A stretch of DNA of 64,000 bases from Macrostomum lignano (Eukaryota): positions 372,001-436,000 of the forward strand of contig NIVC01000109.1 in NCBI GenBank assembly GCA_002269645.1, in the 5' to 3' direction. How positions within the stretch are numbered: the stretch's first letter is position 1; each line of letters begins with the position of its first letter. This document shows positions 1 through 11,099 of the stretch, one piece after another. The notes under the pieces were generated by a model that saw only the letters and a program-made list of their open reading frames with translations, searched no databases and was not told the origin of the DNA. The translations under genes were made by a program, and so were the position numbers.

Positions 1-169
1 GTCCGCTGTCCTGTTGTCCAGCCGCTTCGGTATTGTCCTGAGCGGCGGCAGGGGCTGACTGGGAGGCACCGGGGGTTCCAGTGTTGCGAATGTCCGGCTG
101 GGCCGCGGTACCAACCTCGGTTGGTGCTCCAGCAGCCTCGGACGTGTCGGAGGTAAAAGAATGCTCCAT
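1..169 (-). CDS. Start of an ORF running off the window (MEHSFTSDTSEAAGAPTEVG...), possibly the element's gag-like ORF
   Basis: ATG at 169-167 followed by 56 stop-free low-complexity codons to position 1, inside the same GC-rich block as the YR. Identity is inferred only. Confidence 0.35.
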   Translation of the reverse strand, partial: MEHSFTSDTSEAAGAPTEVGTAAQPDIRNTGTPGASQSAPAAAQDNTEAAGQQDSG

Positions 170-776
170 GAGTCGCTGAAAGACGAATGGGGACTAAAGG
201 TGAGAAGCTGTTGACCCGTAACCCCAAACCCACCAGCCAGGCCAAGAGGTAGCGACCAGAGGGTGGCTTAAGCCCTTACCGGCCCGACCGCTAGCAAACG
301 AGAAACTCCCCGGCTAAGAGCCCGGCTTAGAAAAACCAGAGGCCGAACTAAAGGACCATCAGCGCGGTACTACACTGGGCCCTTGAGGGAAGCAGGAGGA
401 CTGCCTCCGGAGCCTGCGGACTGGCCGCATACCCTGTTAAGGTCAGAGGGTGATACCTGTTCCTCAGAGCCGTGGCCAGAGGTACCTGATACGCACAGGT
501 TCACTTTCGGGCGGAGCCCGTACCCAACTTGGCCAACGAGCCACAGATGGGTTGCCGCCGCCGAAGCTCAGTCAGTCCAGCAGCCCTAGAGCTGCCTTGA
601 ACACATGCGGGGCGTTAACCCCTGGGTCGGCTTGTGAGTCAGCTTGGAGAGAGTTCTCCTGCCATTCCTACACCAGAATAGAGGGGGTGCAGGTGTGTAG
701 GATCGCAGACCTAAGCTCGTAGACCTGGTCTGTCTCATGCTACACAGGCGTGCTGAACCCACCATGCATGCCTTAG

Positions 777-1820
777 AGAGCACACCCTCTCGCCAGCCAC
801 CTGCGAATTTCTCGCCCTACAGATCGCCCGCCTCAAGTCCCGAGCGCGAACTTCAGCAAGCGCTACCGCGAGCTCTGCCACCTAGCCTTCGCTGAGACAA
901 CCGCGCGCTCTTACCGCTGCCAGATCGACTCCTGAAAGCGGTTCTGCAAGCAGATGCGCATCGACAGCACCAGACCGTCTCTGCAGCAGATCGCGCTCTA
1001 CATCATCGCGCTGTCCGACCGCCTCTCCTCGCATGCCAGCGTCGGTGCGTACATTAACGCCGCAGACCTGCACTGCAAGCTCAAGACCGGCCGCGGCCTT
1101 CCTCGCGACCCCCGTATCGACCTGCTCCTCTGCGGTGTACAGCGCAAACTCGCCAAACCGCCGGCGCGCAAGGCGCCCATCACTCCGGGTGACCTCCTCA
1201 AACTGCGAGGAACCCTGCGCCTGCAGCAGCCTCAAGATGCAGCCTTCTGGGCGGCGGTCCTGGTCGGATTCTGGGGCCTCCTGCGCCGCGCCAATCTGTG
1301 CTGCTCGAAACCGTTCCCACCAGCTGGCAAGGCGGTCACCTGCGGCGACCTGCAAGTATCACCGGATCTGGCCATCCTGCACATTCGGCGCTCCAAGACG
1401 AACCAGTTCCGCCAGCGAGTGCACCGCGTTGTCCTGCCGCGCCTCCGGCACGCGGCGCAGCACCCGCTCTGCCCGGTGGCAGCGCTAGTTCACCACCTGC
1501 GCATCAACCCGCCCGACCGCGCCGCTGCTGCCCACATCTTTGCCTACCGAAGCAGCGGCGGCATGACGCCTCTGACCGGCACCCGGTTCTGTCGCCTGTT
1601 TCAGCACGTCATCCACAGTGCCGGCCTGGCAGACCGGTCTCTGTCTCCTTACAGCCTTCGACGCGGCGGCGCCTCGCTGGCCTTCCGCGCCGGTGTGCCG
1701 CTGCCGGTCGTCAAGGCCCTGGGCGACTGGCGGAGCTCGGCGGTTGAGGTGTACCTGGGGCTGGAGAAGGGCTTCGACCTCCAGCTGGCGGCTGTTCGCA
1801 AACTGTCTCAATGCCTTTAA
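777..1820 (+). mobile_element. Tyrosine recombinase ORF of a DIRS-type retroelement; in-frame TGA at 933-935, intact ORF 954-1820
   Basis: C-terminal catalytic motif YSLRRGGASLAFRAG...ALGDWRSSAVEVY, plus LVGFWGLLRRANL and HIRRSKTNQF. The frame is open upstream as AFAETTARSYRCQIDS*KRFC, the typical DIRS YR N-terminal helix, back to a TAG at 774. Confidence 0.85.
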
Positions 1821-2782
1821 TTTTTCGTTTGCCTGCTCTGGGTAGAGGCTGGTGTGCTGTCTGCTTTCTTTTTCCACTGGCTTGGACTCAAATGCTCTGA
1901 TTTTTTTTCTTCTCAACTCGTGTTTTTTCTCTTATTTCGTATTTTATCTTTTTCTTGCAATGATGACTGTTTTTTTATCGATTAAGTGCCGTTTTAATGA
2001 CTGTTTATTTATTTTGCTTGCAAGCGTGTCTCAGCATCCTGCCTGCCCCCCGTTTTTCTTTCACTATTTTCCCATCCTTTTTCGGATTTTGGACCGTTGT
2101 ATCCACTCGCTCTGTACTCGATACTCGCAAACACTCGCGTCCGCCTTCCCTTTCCTTGGGGTGCGGTGTTTATGACAGGATAAGGTACCAAAGATGCATT
2201 TTTATGCCCTTAAGGCGAAGTAAGTACCTTGTACGATTAAATGTACGAGTGTGAATGTGCAGTGTAGTGGCCAGAGCAGCGCGCCACTTCTATAAACAAT
2301 CTTGACGTAAAAATTGAACTCTCATGTGCACAAGTGAGCCGTACGTAGGACACTTAGTTACGAGATGAGAGAAACAAAAATAAAGAATTTGTGCATACTT
2401 CTTGTGTATATTTATTCCATGCAATTCAACACAAAATGATCACAAAAAAAATTGTACGAGAGAATATTATTCGTTCATGAAAGGTCAATTTTATCAGCAA
2501 CTCAATACACGATCGCCGACCATTGCTACTCACATAGAAGATTCTAGGCAGGCAAACAAACAGCTCAATGATTTAGGCAACAATGAGTTCGAATCTAATC
2601 GAACCAGTGAAAAAATATCATACGAGCTAGTAAGAGTATTTATAGCCAGCTCATTTATTGGTTGAAAAATGAAATTCAACAAAGCAATTTTTCATGGCTA
2701 CGAGTATTCAAATTTCGGAAACTGGTGCAATTTACAGGTGGATTCTGGGCAGTTGAACGAAGCCTTCAGCTCAGCAGCAGTG

Positions 2783-5367
2783 TCAACTTGACCGCGCTCT
2801 CTTCAGAGAAGTCCCAGATTCTGCAAAAACCCGAGAGTTTATTGAGTGAAAGAATAAATATTCGAGCACAAAATGATTAATTTTAGACGTTCTCAAATGC
2901 ACAAGAACGTACGTGAAGGTATTCCGGGGTTCCCCTTGGAGCTGTTGGCCTGATCTCTTACGAAATTAATGCTGAGCTCTTCACTCTTCCATTCGTGGCT
3001 GTGGACAACAACCGAACATTTTTGCCGCTCACTGACATTTGCATATCTCCAATCGGGAGTCCTCACCTGAAGTAGGTGCTGAAGATCAAACGTGTCAAGA
3101 CCATTTCAAAAGTCAGCTACTTCTTGACCTGACAGCATTAACTGGCATATTAAAATGCACGTGAGGGCATTTAAAACTATACAACTTTAGGATGGTGCAA
3201 ACGCTACATCCTCATTGAATAGGCAGGCCAAATTTCATTTCTGTACTTTCTACGAACGTAGATCCGGGAAGCCCATTACCTTTTTAACAGCATCGACATC
3301 GACCACGAACTCAGTTCGGTCTCTCGTGAGTTCATTGATGACTGTGAAATGTACCTTTATGTCACTCTTCTGAATTCCTGAAATTCAAATAGTATGTGTT
3401 AGCAGCATATGTATTTAGCGTGATTAATTCAGTTGAAAATTTGTTTTTAAATATAGTGTTTAAACCGAGCGCACCTGTTGTAGGGGTCCTGGTGTGGATC
3501 GCCAGCATGCTGCCGCCCTTCTTTGGCACTTCCGCTGGGTTCAGACAATCGACCTGTACAGTCTTATTTTCCTCTGAAAAGGATGAAACGCATTGACAAA
3601 TGACCATTATTGACTGAGAGTTCAGAACGAAACTGAGACACTCACTCTCACTGACGATCGGGTCGCTAAACACAGTGCTCAGCTGCCCTTCTCTACCAAA
3701 GAAATCGACGAATGAGAGCGAGAACGCCAGTCGAATGCGACCAAAGTTTTTGGTTGTGTATTGAGTTGACGGAGCTGTGGGACCTGAAACAGCGCCAAGT
3801 TTGTACGTAGTAAGCTTCTTTAACTCAGACTTTAACAGCAAAAAACGAGGCAATATGAGAACATATCAGTTTTTAAAGGATCACGAAAAACTGAATTCTC
3901 ACAATCTGGAAGCTGAGGAACATTTCTGCGTCTGGCTTCCATGCCGTCTTCGATGTCTTTCTTGGTCTTCCTGAGGACGCAGATGACAGCCAGTCGCTCA
4001 AAGCTGAAGAGTATAATCATGCATTATCACTACTTTAATTCGAAAATAAAACTCTCTCTGTGCGATTAAATCTGACAATTAATAAATTAAATATTGTCGC
4101 CAACAAATATTGAATTGACCTTTCATGTGTCAGCCATGAATTTTTACTCACGTGATCTCCCATTCACCACCAGAATCTCTCGATGCATCAACAGACTTCT
4201 TCAGCTGGAAATATCCGTTGCTGCAGTGGTCTCCGTGCAGGTAGTACGGATGAGGAGCCTTCTCCTCGGCGCTCACGGTGCACACAGTCAGCTGCAGCTG
4301 CGAGTGCACAGCTGGGTCGATGCCGCTGACGCGAACTCTCACGAAGCTCTTGTTGCCATCGGTGGAGCTCCTGCCGTCTAGCAGGCGGCCAAGTTCGTAG
4401 CTGTTTCTTCTCTGAGACTCGTAGCGAAATCCGTAGAACCGAACCGGCTGCTCTTCGATGGTCAGCGACGGCGGCTGCAGCTCTTTCAGACTGAGGAGCT
4501 GGGGCTCCGCTTGAAGCAGAAAGTCTCTGCCATTCACCTGAGTTGCGTCTGAAGCTGCTACAGTTCCAGAATATTCGCAGTACTCCACTTCACTTGCTAC
4601 GATTTCATTTAGAAACTAAAATCGCATTGACAATTTCGGAAAAATATATTTCACAGAGCGAGAGGTGCAGATAAGATGACTTGATCTAACTGGTGCCTTC
4701 TTCAAAAACTAATGAAGACGAAAATATCCAAAGGACAACTAAAGTAACATGGATATAGGACGCGACACTCACGTTTCCTGGTGAAAAAGTTTTGAAGGCT
4801 AATTTCTATAAATATTTTGCTGAATACTACCGCTTTGCAATTAGCATTTATTTATACTGTTTACAGATTATACACGGCTAATCGAAACCTTTCGGAGAGT
4901 TAGAAATGGAGTTTAAGGTACCTAATTTTAGATAGTAAGGCATACCTTGTTGAAAAAATGGGTTGCCTTTAGACGCGAATGCTATTTTATCTTAAAGGGG
5001 AATAAATTTCGAAGGTCCCAGCGAAAAAAGACATTTCCACGGGCATCCATTCAAAAGTGAAATTGTTGGGAAAGGTGGCCTTTAAAACATTTTTTATAGA
5101 TTTCGAGTGTTGCCTCCTTCTACTTTAGTAGTCCTTGAAATATCCTGGAGTAATGTTACAAAATACGAACGCACTGAAAGTCGCTTCTAGATATTAAATC
5201 TTTTTATAGCATAAAAACTGGGTTTAGAGTCGTGTGCTCACCGCTTGCGTGCTTGTAGCCGCAATCATTGGGTTCCGGTCAGGCTCATGAGGCAACGGAT
5301 ACTTAGCGCTGCCTCCTTCGGACTCATGCTGCCCCAGAGCTGACGAATGAAAGAGCAGCTGTTGCAT
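2783..5367 (-). CDS. Rel/NF-kB-like gene 1 (RHD + IPT, about 383 aa). Exons 5367-5242 (tentative), 4537-4152, 4003-3903, 3783-3646, 3573-3475, 3377-3280, 3078-2913, 2820-2783
   Basis: LTIEEQPVRFYGFRYESQ, PHPYYLHGDHCSNGYF, FERLAVICV, RIRLAFSL...VFSDPI, IPT segments LNPAEVPKKGG / IQKSDIKVHF / HLLQVRTPDW, and end SLKRARSS*. GT-AG phases are consistent throughout; the first exon is uncertain. Confidence 0.85.
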
Positions 5368-6989
5368 TGTGACCTGTAAATTTATCCGGATGGAATGCTA
5401 AACAAGTTAGGGCTCATTTTTCTAGGTAAACGGACTGCTGACATGGAGAAATTTTCGCATCGGCACACAAAATGCAGCCTTGATGTTATGGACCGCACCC
5501 AGAGTGCAGAGTACGTGCAGTCTTTGAATCGCGTGTACTCATGAACACAACTGACAGCATTCAGTCATATCTCAGCATGTATCAAACAGCTCTTCATAAT
5601 TCACTTTTTACTTTTAATTTACTTTACTTTCACATAAAAACTTGTCTGCCTGAACTCTAGCACTGTCCTGACCAGTTTATAAACTAGTGACTGGAATCTT
5701 TTTAATGCTGAACTTGGCAGAAAATTCTCGAGCTCCTACATCACATGAATTAGCTAGAAAAAAATGCGCACATAATATTGTAAATAGGTTAAACTTACCC
5801 ACTTTCGAATTCCAATGCAATCAAATATTTATTAATTGATAGACAGTTGCAAGTTGCAGAAAATCGAATACAATATGCAGTGAGTTGGTATCCAAGCACT
5901 CTGCTGTATTAATGCACTAAAAATGATAGTACCTTGTAAAGACTGTACATAAAGCTTTCTAAATTACACTCAGTGTGCTGAACAGCTCAACCGAGTGCAG
6001 CTTTGCTTTTGGCCAACCAAGGGAAGAGAAGCTTGATTCATACAGACTTAGTCTCTCTCTTTGCTGTCTGCTTACAGATAGATTCAACAAGATTTTAGTT
6101 TAGATGCATTTGTGTTCTTGTACTTTTTGAAGGGTATTATCTTAGCATACATAGAGTTTCATTCTACTCTGTAGGTTTGTAGCTTCTGCACTGTTGAGTG
6201 TAAATGTTCGTGAACTGTACATGTCTGTGACTGTACATGTTGAAAATAATATCTGGCTTTGAGCTCCGGTGCAACACAAACTCGGTGGGCCCTTTTCTAG
6301 CGTCTTGTGTATGGTCTGCCTTTGTAGATGGCAAACGCTTTGGTGCACATCGCCTTCTTGTTTGAACCATTTCTTGTCACCGCAGAGCTCGATCTGTCGT
6401 AGTCATGGCTCTTTCAGGTGACTCATTTAATTAAGGTGACCATGCAGGTGACTCGTTCAGGTGACTTATTTAGTTTAGGTGACCAGGTGACTTGAACGTT
6501 CAGAATATCAGGTGACTCGTTTAGGTAACACATCCCTGAATCATTCCTATGGCAGTCAGATAACTAAAAAATTATTTTGATGATTCCAAAGTCCAAACCC
6601 TATTTCATATGAGTACTTTGCACATACTCATCATTAGGTATGATAGACCAATGCAGATGAAGCGCCTAGGAGACCAACAGGCTCAGAGCAAGTCTTAGCA
6701 AATACGAGGATATGCAAAGTGTAATTGCTCTAAAAGCGGTGAAGAGTGCAAAAACGAGTCAACAGTGAGACTAAGATGTTTTTCCTCGAATTTTGATTGA
6801 ATTTTAAAGCTTCTTATTGGGGTTCATGTTTTAAAATATATGCATCAATACTCATATGCTCGTAACATAAAAAGTTTGAAACAAAAAATGTACATAGTCA
6901 AGGTTGGCAGAGTACATTTAGTTCTACATGCATATCACTCATCACACAGGTTTTTCAACACTATAGCTTTTTTTCTTTTTAAAAGGCAA

Positions 6990-9127
6990 TCACTTTTGCA
7001 AAGGCCTTTTCAGAGCGCGGGAACCTAAAATGTAGAAAGGCGATGGGAGACTGTCAGGTTGCTCAGAAATGGTATAGTCCCAGCTTATTACGAGCGTAAA
7101 AGCGTTATATCTACCTTGAATTTGCTCTTGCATCGACGTCTTAACCAAAATGATATTTATCTCTTCACTTTCGAATCCATTGCTACAGACGGTGACGGAG
7201 CATTTCTGGCGGTCACTGACAGACGCTTGGCTCATGTCAGGTGCCGTGACCAAGAGGATATGCTGAGGGCAGATCATGTACTCATGTCAGAAAATCAAAT
7301 TGAATTATCAATTGGAGATCTTCTTCTGATCAACGCACTTTTGTATTACCTTCTTCATTACGTCCACGTCACGAACATAAACAGCTTTCTGTTTCGTGTC
7401 AACATTGGTGACAATAAAGTGCACTTTCACATCCCTCATCGGGATACCTGTGGTAGGGTTGCTTGAATGAATGGCAATCATACACCTGCCCTTAATCGGC
7501 ACTTCCACTGGATTCAGAGAGGTGATTTCAATGTTCTTCTTTTCCTCTGGAGAGCAACTGTGTGGAATGTGTTACAGGCGCTACATTAGCAAAATGGAAG
7601 ACCAGCAAGATACTTACTGGCACTGCTGATCTTGTCGCTAAACTCAGGGTTGTTCAGCTGCCAGTTCTGACCGTTTGTATCAGTGAACTCGAGACAGAAA
7701 ACCAATCGAATTTCATTCAATTTGTCTGTGGCGTAGTCTTTACCTGATGTTCGAAAACATGATCAAATAACAGCTTCCCTTAGCATAAACCAGATGCTGC
7801 AGAGTGCTCAAAATTTGACTAATTGTGAGCATATTGCATAATATAAAGCTTTTACTTACAGTGTAGAAAAGCAGGCAAGTTATTGCGTCTCGCTTCCATG
7901 TCCATCTCGGAGTTTTTGTTCTTTTGCTTGGTCACGCGGATGACTGCCAGCCTGTCAAAGCTGATTATAAAAGGTCGAAGGTGCCGAATTCTGTTCTGCT
8001 GAAAAAAATTATCGATAGCAATCCAAGGGGTATTTACCTAACATCCCAGAAATCTTTGCTAGTGACAGACTTATTCAGCTGAAAATATCCGTTGCTGCAG
8101 TGGTCTCCGTGCAGGTAGTACGGATGAGGAGCATTCTCCTCGGCGCTCACGGTGCACACAGTCAGCTGCAGCTGCGAGTGCACAGCTGGGTTGATGTCGC
8201 TGACGCGAACTCTCATGAAGCTCTTGTTGCCATCGGTGGAGCTCCTGCCGAGCAGCAGGCCGCCAACTCTGCCGCTGTCCTTCTCGATCTCCGACTCGTA
8301 GCGAAATCGGTAGAACCGAGCCGGCTGCTCCTCGATGGTCAGCGTTGGAATTTGCACATCGGCGGGCTGGTCGAGTGCATCAAGGAGATGCACGGATTCG
8401 CTGCCGCTGAGTAGCTCGACTCCCGGCTGCAAGTTTGGCTTGAGTTGATGAATTTAAACAAAGACGATTTCACACTTTTCACAGAAACGCATGCATAATG
8501 GTCAAATTGGCAAAATCTTTATATGCTCTAGGGTGGATAAACATTCCCTTTTAAATGAGATGAATTATTATAGAGTCGGTAAAACCTGCTCTCTGAAGTC
8601 ATTAATTTAAGATTAATGTAAAGATTTAGGGGGTGTCATTTTGGCAGAAAAACTCTATTTACACTTCTGCCCTGTCTGTATTCAATTAAGTACAGCAGTG
8701 TAGCTAAAAAAAACTGTAGATTCACGGGAAAACCGTGTGATTGCCGCGGACTTTCCATCTAGCTTTAAAAGTTGTTGAGATTGATACGCTTGTAGGCTCG
8801 TATTCAACTTAAATGTGGATAATTTCTGTTGTTCGATTGTGTGACAGTCCGAATCCCAAGATCAAAGCACTTCGGCGTCACTTAAGTATCACCGATGAGA
8901 TTTTAGCGCCAATTAAGATTCACTAATGAGATTCATATCACTAATGAGTCAGCGCCCATTAAGCGTCACCGATAAGCGTTTAGCGCCACGGCAGTGCCTC
9001 CATCTCAATGCCCAATGCCAGCACCTGCTTGCTGCAATGTCCAAATTGAGTCACTTACGAATCCGGCCACCAGTTGATGTGGCTGCAAAGAAGCTGGGGT
9101 CTCACGGAGCTGGACACTGTGAAGCAT
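6990..9127 (-). CDS. Rel/NF-kB-like gene 2 (354 aa). Exons 9127-9059, 8426-8038, 7960-7860, 7743-7618, 7546-7350, 7262-7115, 7024-6990
   Basis: EEQPARFYRFRYESE, HPYYLHGDHCSNG, FDRLAVIRV, EIRLVFCLEF, LNPVEVPIKG, HILLVTAPDM, and end ALKRPLQK*. Exon lengths sum to 1065 nt in frame. Confidence 0.85.
8726..8756. promoter_or_regulatory. Rel-type sites GGGAAAACC (8726-8734) and GGACTTTCC (8748-8756) in intron 1 of Rel-like gene 2
   Basis: Motif match to kB/Dorsal-type consensus; function untested. Confidence 0.35.
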
Positions 9128-9278
9128 GATTTTCAATTTCAACTTGTCAATTTTATTCACTCAACTCGTATCAGTCCGTTCTATCGCCTCTGTCGTACTG
9201 TACACCAGTTTCAGGCATACAAGATCTTATGAATATACCGCACAATCTCTCTGGGGGGCTAATCCGTGGCCAGCCCGT

Positions 9279-9383
9279 GGGAATTCCGCAAAGCAAGCAA
9301 GAGTTATTGTACACTCCACGTGTCTTCATTGTTAGTTTAGTACATATAATTAAAAGTAGAACTACCAAGAGGGGGGGATTCCC
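9279..9383. promoter_or_regulatory. kB-like sites GGGAATTCC (9279-9287) and GGGGATTCCC (9374-9383) upstream of Rel-like gene 2
   Basis: GGGGATTCCC is a full match to GGGRNWYYCC; the two sites lie 150-260 bp upstream of the predicted ATG. Confidence 0.4.
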
Positions 9384-9450
9384 GCCTCCCCTGACAATTT
9401 GTTTTCTGCGCCGTATTGGAGCAACGCTTGCACAGGGAATTTAAGAAAAC

Positions 9451-10039
9451 GGGCTTAATATTTGTTGTGCACCTTCTCAAACAAGAATTAAGTCGCCAGC
9501 CCTCCGGACCGTCGAAATATATGACGGTTCTGCCAGAAGGTCGGATTTTTCCCATTAGCGCCAGCGTATTCAGTACACCCTCTGCGTCAGCTCTGACTAT
9601 GAACAACCTGATACTAATTTCTCGAGTTTCGCTGATCAAGCCTCGACAGTGGGCAAGCCTCAATTGCTGGACATCCTCAGCTAGTCTCTCGAGCATTCCG
9701 TCATCACCCGGACGCCGTCGGCACCTTGAACAGATTACACCAGGCGACTGTGGACATGCAGTTGATGCAGTTTATGGACATGGAGCCACCTGCTGAAGGT
9801 CCAGAAGCTCTGTCTGGGTGAAGGCCAGTGATCAAGAAAGCCGGAGCTGATGCAAGCACATGTGGTCGACGTGCTGATGAAATTTGGAGGCTTGGCAAGG
9901 CTGCACTGAGGCGCTGCTGATTGGCACACAGGGCTGAACTGAATACACTGGTAGAATCGTCGAATACACCCACGGTCTGGGGGGCTGGCGACTTACATGT
10001 AATTCTTGTTTGAGAAGTTGCGCAACAAAAATTTAGCCC
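9451..10039. repeat. Imperfect inverted repeat; arms about 9451-9590 and 9920-10039
   Basis: gggcttaatatttgttgtgcaccttctcaaacaagaattaagtcgccagccc on + matches gggctaaatttttgttgcgcaacttctcaaacaagaattacatgtaagtcgccagccc on -. Confidence 0.7.
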
Positions 10040-10206
10040 ATGTTGCATTCCAGCTTGTGTCATGCCTTTGATGAAGTTTTCCTTTTGGTTGAACAGAACC
10101 ATTGAAGCTGTAGTAAAATTGAACTGGCGTATGCTTGACTTGGCTTATTTTAGCTTGTATTGGTAAACTCTTATTACTTCATCTTTCCTCATTAGGATTT
10201 TCCAAA

Positions 10207-10665
10207 GAATCATCATTATGATCTCCCAGCATCATCATTTTGATCTCCCAGCATCATCATTGGGATCTCCCAGCATCATCATTATGATCCCCCAGCATCA
10301 TCATTATGATCCCCCAGCATCATCATTATGATCTCTCAGTGTTTTCAATGGGATCTCCCAGCATCATCAATGGGATCTCCCAGCATCATCATTATGATCT
10401 CTCAGCATCATCATTATGATCTCCCAGCATCATCATTTTGATCTCCCAGCATCATCATTGGGATCTCCCAGCATCATCATTGGGATCTCCCAGCATCATT
10501 ATTGGGATCTCCCAGCATCATCATTATGATCTCTCAGCATCATCATTATGATCTCCCAGCATCATCATTGGGATCTCCCAGCATCATTATTGGGATCTCC
10601 CAGCATCATTATTGAGATCTCCCAGCATCATCATTTTGATCTCTCAGTGTCTTCATCGAGATCTC
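10207..10665. repeat. 22-bp minisatellite (atcatcattatgatctcccagc)
   Basis: Visible tandem units. Confidence 0.9.
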
Positions 10666-11099
10666 CAGGATTTTTTCCAGCATCACCAAAGCGCATTTTT
10701 CAGCATCATCTCAATTGAATTTCTGTAAGTACCTTAGATGATGACCTTAGAAGATGAGTACCTTAGTTATCAAAGAAAAGAATCGTTGATGTCGATATTC
10801 AATTTCAATTTTATATATTTGTGAGAATAGGCAAAAACATTTCCGATTAACACTCTCCTGTAGCATAAGACTGCAATCTTTACAATGCTGTAAACAATCA
10901 CACAGAAAATTCTGGAACATAACTGTTACGTTCTTTCTGATATAATAAATAATTCAAAATTAATACACCTGTTAATAATAAAAATATTACTCGGTAAAAC
11001 CATGCAATTTTACCATGACTTCGAATAAGATTCAGTCAGAACTAGAAATCTGCAGAGGAGTTGTTAGAAAATAAAATTTATTAAACTTATTCCAGATTG

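Noticed and set aside
6280-6410. Extra exon of the Rel genes
   Set aside because: The phase is incompatible with the upstream donor, and Rel-like gene 2 already terminates at 6990.
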